Origin: Elainellaceae cyanobacterium | GTDB lineage: Bacteria; Cyanobacteriota; Cyanobacteriia; CAZCXK01 | Direction of reading: 5' to 3' | DNA: 18,619 nt | Assembly (NCBI GenBank): GCA_051117555.1 | Contig: JBNPEG010000085.1 | Span: 1-18,619 of the forward strand | In this document: positions 9,826-17,832 of the stretch, in pieces | Position numbering within the stretch: position 1 is the first letter of the stretch | How the letters are laid out: every line of letters starts with the position of its first letter | Notes under the pieces: model-generated | What the model was told of the DNA's origin: nothing | The model's database searches: none | The model's input: only the letters and a program-made list of their open reading frames with translations | Translations under genes and position numbers: made by a program

Positions 9826-10011
9826 CTAATACCTGCGCTTCTTCCGGTGTTTATGCCTAGCAACTTTCTTTCGCTTGCGCTTTTCGATGGGTGTTTCAAA
9901 AAAGCGGTTCTTCTTCATATCAGGAAAGATTCCGGCAACAGAAACTTTTCGCCTAAATCGGCGTATCGTCGACTCAATTCCCTCGCTTTCACTAGGAATG
10001 ATCTGTGTCAT
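9826..10011 (-). CDS. rpsU: 30S ribosomal protein S21 (probably the rbp-linked paralog)
   Basis: [39 protein letters not shown] matches the bS21 pattern. Lies downstream of an rbp gene as in the Anabaena rbpA1-rpsU operon. Confidence 0.93.
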   Translation of the reverse strand: MTQIIPSESEGIESTIRRFRRKVSVAGIFPDMKKNRFFETPIEKRKRKKVARHKHRKKRRY

Positions 10012-10196
10012 TTAATTTCCTCATGAATGGGCTTAGTGTGACCTAAACCATCAGCTAACCTATAGCTTTTCTAATTGAAGACACGAAATGCCCCTAACGA
10101 TGCTTTTGAGACTTATATTCGAGACGTATAGCCGTTCAAGGCTATGATCTACCTTAGCCGTCGGCATGAACCGGGAAGAGGTGTCAGGGTGGGAAA

Positions 10197-10499
10197 TCAA
10201 TAGCGACGCGATGAACCGCTTCTAGGGCCTCTACCCCCTCTTGATGATCCTCTCTCTTCGCGGGGTTTTGCTTTGTTTACTTTCAAATCACGTCCCATCC
10301 ACTCAGCTCCATCCAACGATTCGATGGCGGCTGACTCTTCTTCGTCCGTATCCATTTCAACAAATGCAAATCCTCTCATCCGGCCTGTTTCGCGATCGGT
10401 AGGAATTTGAACTCGCTTAACGGTGCCATACTCAGCAAACACCTGACTTAAATCGTCTTGGGTAACTTCGTAAGACAAATTGCCGACGTAAATTGACAT
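10197..10499 (-). CDS. rbpA: RRM RNA-binding protein with Gly/Arg-rich tail (cyanobacterial Rbp class I)
   Basis: RNP2 IYVGNL, RNP1 [28 protein letters not shown], and a G/R/S-rich C-terminus. Confidence 0.95.
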   Translation of the reverse strand: MSIYVGNLSYEVTQDDLSQVFAEYGTVKRVQIPTDRETGRMRGFAFVEMDTDEEESAAIESLDGAEWMGRDLKVNKAKPREERGSSRGGRGPRSGSSRRY

Positions 10500-10598
10500 A
10501 GATTTCTCCAGAACCTGAGATGTAGAGAATTTAGATTCGGAGAAACGCTTGTAAACGAATTACACAGCCGAAAATAAATCTTTGATAAGATTGTAGCA
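10500..10598 (-). promoter_or_regulatory. rbp promoter and cold-regulation 5' UTR (extended -10, boxes III/II/I, RBS)
   Basis: Minus strand reads TGCTACAAT (10598-10590), TTCGGCTG (box III-like, 10572-10565), TTCGTTTACAAG (box II-like), TCTCCGAA (box I, 10543-10536) and RBS TCTGGAGA (10512-10505). Box I is complementary to the RBS. Confidence 0.8.
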
Positions 10599-10638
10599 CA
10601 TCTCCAGGTTCCGACTGGGGGCTATTCAAGTCAACGAT

Positions 10639-10923
10639 ATGGATACAACCGAACTCCAGATGCTGTATGCGGCAGGAGAAAGAGATTTTCATAATGCTGA
10701 TCTCAGCTCAGCCCATCTCAATTGTATCGATTTGAGTGGTACAAACTTGCAGCGGGCGAATCTTCGGCATGCCAATCTACGCTGGGCAAACTTGCAAGAT
10801 GTGAACCTCAGTTGGGCAGATTTGAGGGGGGCAGATTTGAGCTGGGCAGACTTGAGTGGGACTGATTTAAGTCATGCAAATCTCAAAGGAGCAAAGATGC
10901 CCGATGGAACGATTCATGATTAG
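10639..10923 (+). CDS. Pentapeptide repeat protein
   Basis: MDTTELQMLYAAGERDF, then A(D/N)Lxx repeats, ending in the typical AKMPDGTIHD cap. Confidence 0.93.
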   Translation: MDTTELQMLYAAGERDFHNADLSSAHLNCIDLSGTNLQRANLRHANLRWANLQDVNLSWADLRGADLSWADLSGTDLSHANLKGAKMPDGTIHD

Positions 10924-11018
10924 GGCTGTATTTAGCTGTCTTTACTAGGTGGGCGATCGCCAAATATGTCGATTAATGTATAGTGTTAAGACTTATACTT
11001 TCAAACAATCTGGATGCT

Positions 11019-11582
11019 ATGCCTGACCCCCATATCAAATCTCCAGACTCCGAAACCTCGCCTGAAAACCCCTGGGTAGAGGGAGTAAAAGTAGCTGGTT
11101 TAAGCCTATTTCTTGCATTTGGAATTCGGACATTTGTGGCAGAGGCTCGCTATATTCCGTCGGGCTCAATGGAACCGACCCTCCAAATCAACGATCGCCT
11201 CGTGATTGATAAGCTTAGCTACGATTTTGGTGAGCCCCAGCAGGGCGATATTGTTGTCTTTAATCCGACCGAAACCCTTGAGCAAGAAAACTATCGCGAT
11301 GCGTTTATCAAGCGAATTATCGGGCTTCCAGGTGACGTAGTAGAAGTGCGCGGAGGCCAGGTATGGGTCAATAATCAGGTAATAAACGAAGACTACATTT
11401 CGGCACCTCCCAATTATCTATGGGGGCCTGTGGTTGTGCCAGACGATTCGTATCTGGTTTTGGGAGACAATCGCAATGAGAGTTACGACAGCCACTATTG
11501 GGGATTTGTCCCGCGCGATCGCATCATTGGGCGTGCAACATTTCGCTTTTGGCCCCCGACTCGGTTGGGTACGTTGGATTAG
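11019..11582 (+). CDS. lepB: Signal peptidase I
   Basis: Single TM, catalytic Ser box [10 protein letters not shown], Lys box [11 protein letters not shown], and [20 protein letters not shown] at 11019 preferred. Confidence 0.95.
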   Translation: MPDPHIKSPDSETSPENPWVEGVKVAGLSLFLAFGIRTFVAEARYIPSGSMEPTLQINDRLVIDKLSYDFGEPQQGDIVVFNPTETLEQENYRDAFIKRIIGLPGDVVEVRGGQVWVNNQVINEDYISAPPNYLWGPVVVPDDSYLVLGDNRNESYDSHYWGFVPRDRIIGRATFRFWPPTRLGTLD

Positions 11583-11698
11583 CGTATTCAAGCCCGCAGA
11601 TTAAGACCTATATTCACTACTACATCTCTCAGAGGATGGATGCGCTAGATTCCGGTATTGGTCTATCTCTAGAGGAGACATTTCAATGGCGAACAGTC

Positions 11699-12877
11699 AT
11701 GCGAGGATTCCGAGTTGGTTCAATCTCAGGGTTCGAAATCCGGATTGATTTATCCTGGTTTATTATTTTCTTTTTGATTCTCTGGACATTGAGTTCAGGG
11801 ATTTTCCCAGCCCAATATCCTGATCTATCCACAGCAACTCATATCATCATGGGCATCGTCGGGACGGTGCTGTTTTTTGGGTCTTTACTGGTACATGAGT
11901 TGTCTCATTCATTAGTTGCCCGCACCAAAGGCATCCCAGTCGAAGGAATTACCTTGTTTATATTCGGAGGAATTTCGCGCACTCGCATGGATGCCGAACG
12001 TCCGGGTGATGAATTTCAAATTGCTGGAATTGGTCCATTAGTGAGTTTGGTGTTGGCGATCGCCTTTGGGGTGATTCAGTGGATCGGTAGCCAGCTTGGA
12101 TGGAGCAATGCCGTCGTTGGCGTTGCTCAATATTTGGCATATATCAACTTTCTACTTGCAATTTTTAATTTACTTCCAGGCTTTCCACTGGATGGCGGAC
12201 GATTGTTTCGCTCAATTGTTTGGAAATTTACAGGTGACCTTCGTAAAGCAACTCGAGTTGCGAGTATCGGCGGGAGATTTCTTGGATATTTTTTAATTGG
12301 TTTGGGTATTGTGCAGATGTTTCAAGCCAGTCTTCTAGGGGGGCTTTGGTTTGTCTTTATCGGTTGGTTTCTTAATACTGCTGCTGAAGCAAGTTATCAG
12401 CAGCAACTCCTTCACATGGGGCTAGAAGGCTTGCGGGCGCGCCAGGTCATGACGTCAAATCCAGAGACGGTGCCGCCGGACATATCACTTCATCAAGTCA
12501 TTGAAGATTATTTTATGAATCAACGCTATCAGGCGTTTCCAGTCACCGACCAGGGTGAGTTGTTAGGTGTAATCACCCTTAATCAGGTCAAAGAAGCTCC
12601 CAAAGACAAGCGTGAGCATCTAACCGTTCGTGACGTGATGACGTCTTCAGAGCAAGGTGTGGTTGTTCATCCTGACGAAAAAATGACGGACGTGATTGAC
12701 AAAATGCAGGATTCGCAAGCGCGTCGAGTCTTAGTGGCTCGGGATGGACAGTTAGACGGCATTATTACGGCGAGCGATATTACAGGGTGGTTGCGTCGGG
12801 TTCATGACCTAGAAGGGTGGCAAGGTAGCCAGGAAAAGGACAAGGGAAGAGAGCATTCATCCCTTTCGTCTGAATAG
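11699..12877 (+). CDS. Site-2 protease (M50) family zinc metalloprotease with tandem CBS domains
   Basis: HELSH, AGIGP and FNLLPGFPLDGG motifs, multiple TMs, two C-terminal CBS domains. Start uncertain (11699 or 11636). Confidence 0.93.
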   Translation: MRGFRVGSISGFEIRIDLSWFIIFFLILWTLSSGIFPAQYPDLSTATHIIMGIVGTVLFFGSLLVHELSHSLVARTKGIPVEGITLFIFGGISRTRMDAERPGDEFQIAGIGPLVSLVLAIAFGVIQWIGSQLGWSNAVVGVAQYLAYINFLLAIFNLLPGFPLDGGRLFRSIVWKFTGDLRKATRVASIGGRFLGYFLIGLGIVQMFQASLLGGLWFVFIGWFLNTAAEASYQQQLLHMGLEGLRARQVMTSNPETVPPDISLHQVIEDYFMNQRYQAFPVTDQGELLGVITLNQVKEAPKDKREHLTVRDVMTSSEQGVVVHPDEKMTDVIDKMQDSQARRVLVARDGQLDGIITASDITGWLRRVHDLEGWQGSQEKDKGREHSSLSSE

Positions 12878-14011
12878 TAAGCGTCCTTGGTCAATTACGC
12901 CAGTGATCTGCAAGTGGTCGTTAAATACTGCAAGATTGGCGATATATCCCGGAGCGATCGCCCCAAGCTGATGGTCAAGCCCAAGCAATCGGGCGGGATA
13001 GGTCGATGCCATGCGGAGCGCCTCAGAGAGCGGAATATTGACGTGACGGACACAGTTGGCGATCGCCTCGATCAGGGTTAATGCCGACCCACCCAGCGTT
13101 CCATTTTTTGAGACACATCTACCATCCCGATAAAATACTTCCTGGCCACCGATCCAAAATGAGTCTAGATGGGTGCCAACGGGAGGCGTAGCGTCGGTGA
13201 CAAGAATCAGTTTGTCTCGCTTTAGAGTTTTCACAAGTTGAATTGACCCAAAATGGACGTGTTCGCCATCAGCGATGATGCCTGCATAGACATCATCCCG
13301 ACTGAGTACTGCGCCTACCATGCCCGGACTCCGGCTCAGCCAAGGAGACATCGCATTAAATAAATGAGTTGCCATGCGGATGCCGGTATTAAATCCGGCT
13401 AATCCTTGCTCGAAGGTCGCATCGCTATGTCCGGCTGAAACTAGGATGCCCTGATCAACTAAGAGCTGAATGTCATCTGGGGCAACCATTTCAGGGGCAA
13501 GAGTGAGGAGCCTAACCGTCTCTTTGCCATAGTTGACGATGTGATCCAACATCGCGCGATCGGGCGCACGAATAAAGGTGGCATCATGAATTCCCTTGCG
13601 TTTAGGATTGAGGTAAGGTCCTTCCAAATGAAGCCCTAAGACCCTAAATTCGTGGTGCTTGCGATAGACGCTTACGGTCTCCATCGCGCTGATCATATTA
13701 TCATCAGAGGTGGTGATCAGAGTCGGCAAAAAGCTCGTAGTGCCGCTCGCAAGATTGGTACGATGCATCGTATCAAGCGTGGTAGATTCGGTAGAATCAT
13801 TAAACATCACCCCACCACAGCCGTTCAGTTGCAGATCAATAAACCCCGGTGCGACGTGATGCCCCTGCATGGAAATTGTCTCTAGCGTAGAGTGGACACT
13901 GAGCTGAGCAAGTGGCACTACATCCACAATGTGCATACCGTCAATCAGGATTGCATGGTGGATCAACTCTTGGAGTCCGGTATGAAGGATGCAGTCGGTA
14001 AGAGCGTACAT
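12857..14011 (-). CDS. nagA: N-acetylglucosamine-6-phosphate deacetylase
   Basis: PGFIDLQLNGCGG, GLHLEGP, SAGHSDA, THLFNAM, IIADGEH, LVTDAT and LGGSAL motifs. Confidence 0.95.
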   Translation of the reverse strand: MYALTDCILHTGLQELIHHAILIDGMHIVDVVPLAQLSVHSTLETISMQGHHVAPGFIDLQLNGCGGVMFNDSTESTTLDTMHRTNLASGTTSFLPTLITTSDDNMISAMETVSVYRKHHEFRVLGLHLEGPYLNPKRKGIHDATFIRAPDRAMLDHIVNYGKETVRLLTLAPEMVAPDDIQLLVDQGILVSAGHSDATFEQGLAGFNTGIRMATHLFNAMSPWLSRSPGMVGAVLSRDDVYAGIIADGEHVHFGSIQLVKTLKRDKLILVTDATPPVGTHLDSFWIGGQEVFYRDGRCVSKNGTLGGSALTLIEAIANCVRHVNIPLSEALRMASTYPARLLGLDHQLGAIAPGYIANLAVFNDHLQITGVIDQGRLLFRRKG

Positions 14012-14028
14012 AGTCGCATAAATTAGGA

Positions 14029-14829
14029 TTATGAGTCGATGAGGGTAGGGGAGTCTGTCTCCAGTTGTTTGAAATATTTAACAGTTTTTACTTTTAATTC
14101 TAGGGTGGCATCTTCATCGCAGACAATCATACTTCTCGGATGGAGTTGTAGGGCAGATGCAGGCCACATATGACTGATTCCATTTTCAATCGTATGGGAA
14201 AGGGCGATCGCCTTACGGTAGCCTTTAACGAGAATCATGACTTCACGAGCATCCATCACAGTACCTACACCCACAGTCAATGCTAACGTCGGCACTTTTT
14301 CTGGATTATTGTTAAAGAACCGCGCATTTGCCAAACGGGTGCTGTAAGTGAGAGATTTAACGTGAGTCCGAGATTCTAGCGACGATCCGGGCTCGTTGAA
14401 CGCGATATGCCCGTTTTCCCCCATGCCGCCAACAAATAGTTCGATTCCTCCAAACGATTGAATCGTATCTTCATAGACTCGACATTCATGATCTAAATCA
14501 ACAGCATTACCGTTGAGAATATGAATATTTTCTTTGGGAATGTCGATATGGTTGAAGAAATTTTGAAACATATAGGCGTGATAGCTCTTGGGATGTGCGT
14601 CTGGCAAGCCTACATATTCATCCATATTAAATGTCACTACATGCTCAAAGCTCAGTTCACCGTGCTGATAGAAGGTGATGAGTCGTCGATACATTCCGAG
14701 CGGAGTCCCTCCAGTAGGTAATCCGATCACAAACGGATTCTCGGCAGTCGGTGCAAACTCGGTGATGCGTTGTTTCACATAGCGGGCAGCCCAATCCGCT
14801 ATGTCCGTCTCGCAAATAATCAGACGCAT
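14029..14829 (-). CDS. nagB: Glucosamine-6-phosphate deaminase (266 aa)
   Basis: MRLII start, [40 protein letters not shown] and [12 protein letters not shown] motifs. Confidence 0.96.
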   Translation of the reverse strand: MRLIICETDIADWAARYVKQRITEFAPTAENPFVIGLPTGGTPLGMYRRLITFYQHGELSFEHVVTFNMDEYVGLPDAHPKSYHAYMFQNFFNHIDIPKENIHILNGNAVDLDHECRVYEDTIQSFGGIELFVGGMGENGHIAFNEPGSSLESRTHVKSLTYSTRLANARFFNNNPEKVPTLALTVGVGTVMDAREVMILVKGYRKAIALSHTIENGISHMWPASALQLHPRSMIVCDEDATLELKVKTVKYFKQLETDSPTLIDS

Positions 14830-15187
14830 CGATGAACCCTCATCCGTCAATATAGAATCTTAATCTCAGCCAGAGTAACCAGAGCATTCCCAGTTTGCCA
14901 ACCGTTGATAGTCTATCAAGTGAAGGGCAGAAATTGCTTGTTGCTGCCGATAATCTCGGATTATTGGGATTGAGGCTTTTGGCGATCGCCTTAAATCATT
15001 GCTTTCCCTCCTTGGGGTGATACTAATCAGAGCAATATGGGTGAGAGTAGTTAAAACTCGTCACCTTGTAGTGTCCCGAGAGTCATGATGGTCAGACATT
15101 TCAGAATTCATTGATGAGGTAGCAACGGCGGAAGTATAGGTCATAACATATGGTGTATCGAGTGCTGAGTGTCAAAGCATTGCAGCG

Positions 15188-16447
15188 GTGGGGTTTCAGA
15201 AGTTTGCTACTGATTTCTACCTTGTTTGGGCACTAGAACACTGGCGTGATGTTCCAATCCGGTGGGGAATGCGCCTACTCGCGGGAGATTCGAGACTTAG
15301 TAGTCTCGATGACGAACAACGGCATCATCTCCGTGATGCGCAAATGCGCCTGTTACCTATCATTCAGGGCTTGCTCCTAGTCGGTGTGCTAATTTGGATT
15401 GCCGGACTATTCCCCCAGACGCGATCGCTCCAAAATACGCTCATTCCAGCACTCCAAGCTCCGTTCATTATTGCCATCATCATCGTGGTTGCCTACGTCG
15501 GAATTCGCATTAGCTACGCTACGATTAACCGCTTCGTGGCCGGGCTAACCAGCCGTACCGTCTATGACAATCCCAACTTCCGGAGGCTACAGTTGCGCAC
15601 GTCGACGATTTCTAGCGTCATCAAGAATATTGCGACCTTTGTGTGGATTGGCGTTGGTATTTTTGTAGCGCTGACGGTAGCTGGGGTCGATTTTGGCTTA
15701 CTGCTCGCCAGTTTTGGGGTCTTAGGATTAGCGCTATCCTTGGCGGCGCAAAATTTGATTAAGGGTGCGACTAAAGGCTTTTTCATCATTTTGGAAGATC
15801 AGTATGCGATTGGCGATGTCGTCAAAATCGATGACGATGCCGGACTCGTCGAAACCATGAACTTGCGCATCACTCAGCTTCGCGATACGGCTGGACGACT
15901 GATCACCATCCCCATGAGTGACGTTACGCGAGTCGCCAACTATTCGCTGCACTGGTCGCGGGCTGATTTGAAGATTCCCATCCACTACAACGCTGACATT
16001 GATCAGATGCTCGACTTGACCCGCAAGGTAGGTCAAGACTTGCAGAGCGATCCGAATTGGCAAGGGTTGATTCTTGAAGACCCGCAAGTATTAGGGGTTG
16101 ATGAATTTGGCGACAATCCAGTCACGGTTCGGGTGTGGATTAAAACCCAACCCCTAAAGCAGTGGGATGTTTCGCGGGAATATCGACGGCGATTTAGGCT
16201 GGCGCTGAAAGACACGGATACGACTATTCCATTTCCTCAGCGAGAAGTATGGTTGCACCCCTCTGATTCGCTCAAAATTGACATGGAAGGGCGACTCGAT
16301 CAAATGTCTAGCAACGGGGGCGATCGCTCAACCCGGTATCAAGAAAACACCCCGGGTCGAAACACTGGTCGAACCGATCGCCAACCGCCCAATGTCCCCG
16401 ACAATGAGGATACCGCAGACGAGGCGGATGAGTCCGATGTCGAATAG
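15188..16447 (+). CDS. MscS-family mechanosensitive channel; 5' end uncertain and possibly damaged
   Basis: TM3 region GLALSLAAQNLIK...GFFIILEDQYAIGDVV, GLVETMNLRITQLRD..G.LITIP, and C-terminal WIKTQPLKQWDVSREYRRR...IPFPQ. Confidence 0.88.
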   Translation: MGFQKFATDFYLVWALEHWRDVPIRWGMRLLAGDSRLSSLDDEQRHHLRDAQMRLLPIIQGLLLVGVLIWIAGLFPQTRSLQNTLIPALQAPFIIAIIIVVAYVGIRISYATINRFVAGLTSRTVYDNPNFRRLQLRTSTISSVIKNIATFVWIGVGIFVALTVAGVDFGLLLASFGVLGLALSLAAQNLIKGATKGFFIILEDQYAIGDVVKIDDDAGLVETMNLRITQLRDTAGRLITIPMSDVTRVANYSLHWSRADLKIPIHYNADIDQMLDLTRKVGQDLQSDPNWQGLILEDPQVLGVDEFGDNPVTVRVWIKTQPLKQWDVSREYRRRFRLALKDTDTTIPFPQREVWLHPSDSLKIDMEGRLDQMSSNGGDRSTRYQENTPGRNTGRTDRQPPNVPDNEDTADEADESDVE

Positions 16448-16621
16448 CACGAGGAATCTATCCTCATTCACCGTTTATCTATTCGTTGATACTAAGCTGA
16501 CGCAATTCAATTTGCTTACAGATACTTTCGACGGCTAAGATTAGCGATCGCATCATTTCTGAGAGGCGAATTGGGATGGCGATCGGAATTGCGACCTTAA
16601 CATGATGTACTGCGAGCTAAA

Positions 16622-17416
16622 CTAGCCACCCTCTACCAAAACTGTCTCAGGCAAAATGACAGGTTCTGTTCCGCGTACGCGGTAGCCGCACATAGCGCAG
16701 CGTTGATAGTGTCCCTCTGTTCCACCAATGCCCATAATGGCAAGTTGAAGCATCGTAGGCAGCTCATACGACTCTGCTTCACTGATATCGACCTGATAGC
16801 CAAGGTCAGCCAATGAGGCAATGGTCAGACGACTTAACGGATTGCCGCGATCGCCCAAAAATCCGGTCATTAGTTCATTACCAAAGACCGATTCGCGCCA
16901 ATGCCCGCCCCGCGTTCCAGCACCGCCCGTATTCTCTACCGGTACAGGGACTGAATCAACGACATTAATGAGGCTGGCAAATTCTTGCATGGCATTGCGA
17001 CCTATAAAGACCGGATTAGCTGAAGCAATACCTTGGATCAAACCAAACAAATCCCACAGTGTGCCAATGCCAATCACATGCCCCATTTCATGCACAATCA
17101 CATCAAGCAGACTCCCATCCGATTCGAGTCGAAACAAATCAGCCGTGTCAAACTGCATGATGCCGCTAACCGGCAGTCGGCTAACGGGGCGCAAAAAGCG
17201 CGGTCCCGCTTGACCCAAGATGTTTTGAGGCCCATCGATTTGAACGCCCTGAGCATCAATCACTAAGCCTTCTAAAATTTCGCCACTGATATTCACTCTG
17301 GGCAAATTGCTTGTAATGATTGATGACCAGCGAGTTGCCGCTATTTCAAATGCGGCTTGCTGCCGCAGGGTTAGGCCACCTAAAAAGCGAACCTGAATAG
17401 GAAACGTCGCTGTCAT
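16622..17416 (-). CDS. Leishmanolysin-related (peptidase M8-like) zinc metalloendopeptidase
   Basis: HEMGHVIG zincin motif, distal third ligand in GHWRE, Met-turn NELMTG, and PLSRLTIASLADLGY. No signal peptide evident. Confidence 0.85.
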   Translation of the reverse strand: MTATFPIQVRFLGGLTLRQQAAFEIAATRWSSIITSNLPRVNISGEILEGLVIDAQGVQIDGPQNILGQAGPRFLRPVSRLPVSGIMQFDTADLFRLESDGSLLDVIVHEMGHVIGIGTLWDLFGLIQGIASANPVFIGRNAMQEFASLINVVDSVPVPVENTGGAGTRGGHWRESVFGNELMTGFLGDRGNPLSRLTIASLADLGYQVDISEAESYELPTMLQLAIMGIGGTEGHYQRCAMCGYRVRGTEPVILPETVLVEGG

Positions 17417-17753
17417 GAACTTTTTCGTTCCATCCTACATTTCTCCAAGACTCAGGTTGACGGCTAATCCCTCGGCAGATCATTCCCCCTAAGTCTGATT
17501 AAAGGATAGATAGTGCTCTACCCAGAGAGGGGATTTTTGGGAAGCGATTGTTTGAATCATGTGTTACCAATTTCCGATTTTGGATATATAGCCCTGAGGG
17601 CATGGCTCCGCTCTGCTCCTCTAGTGATTTTGGATGGGTAGGTGCAAGCAAATGGGTTTGAGAGGAGCGGCACTCTACTTTGCAGAAATGGGATGACCTT
17701 TTATGTACGAGCGATCGCAGACTGCCTTCTCGTTATTTTTTGTGACTACGATT

Positions 17754-17788
17754 TTCTTCCCGACTTCCTCCCGATCGCTTCCTATAGT
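17754..17788 (+). promoter_or_regulatory. Candidate promoter: 11-bp direct repeat plus -10 box
   Basis: TTCTTCCCGAC (17754-17764) and TTCCTCCCGAT (17765-17775) in tandem, then TATAGT (17783-17788), upstream of the RBS AAGGAG (17818-17823). Confidence 0.45.
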
Positions 17789-17832
17789 TGAATCATTCCA
17801 ACCAGGACGCAAAGAACAAGGAGTTGAAAATC

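Larger units (their letters stand above)
557..17718. repeat. Dispersed HIP1 octamers (GCGATCGC), about 28 copies
   Basis: Manual count; first at 557-564, last at 17711-17718. Random expectation is about 0.3 copies. Hallmark of most cyanobacterial genomes. Confidence 0.95.

Noticed and set aside
12857..12877. 21-bp convergent overlap between the site-2 protease and nagA
   Set aside because: Short tail-to-tail overlaps are common and nothing indicates a function.
15105..15145. GGCGGAAGTA resembling part of a glutamine riboswitch upstream of nagB/mscS
   Set aside because: The flanking CGTTC...GAACG pairing is absent, and the orientation is wrong for nagB.
17586..17680. TATAGCCCT start and CTCCTCT/AGAGGAG inverted repeat as another MITE
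   Set aside because: No matching right terminus was found; too degenerate to call.
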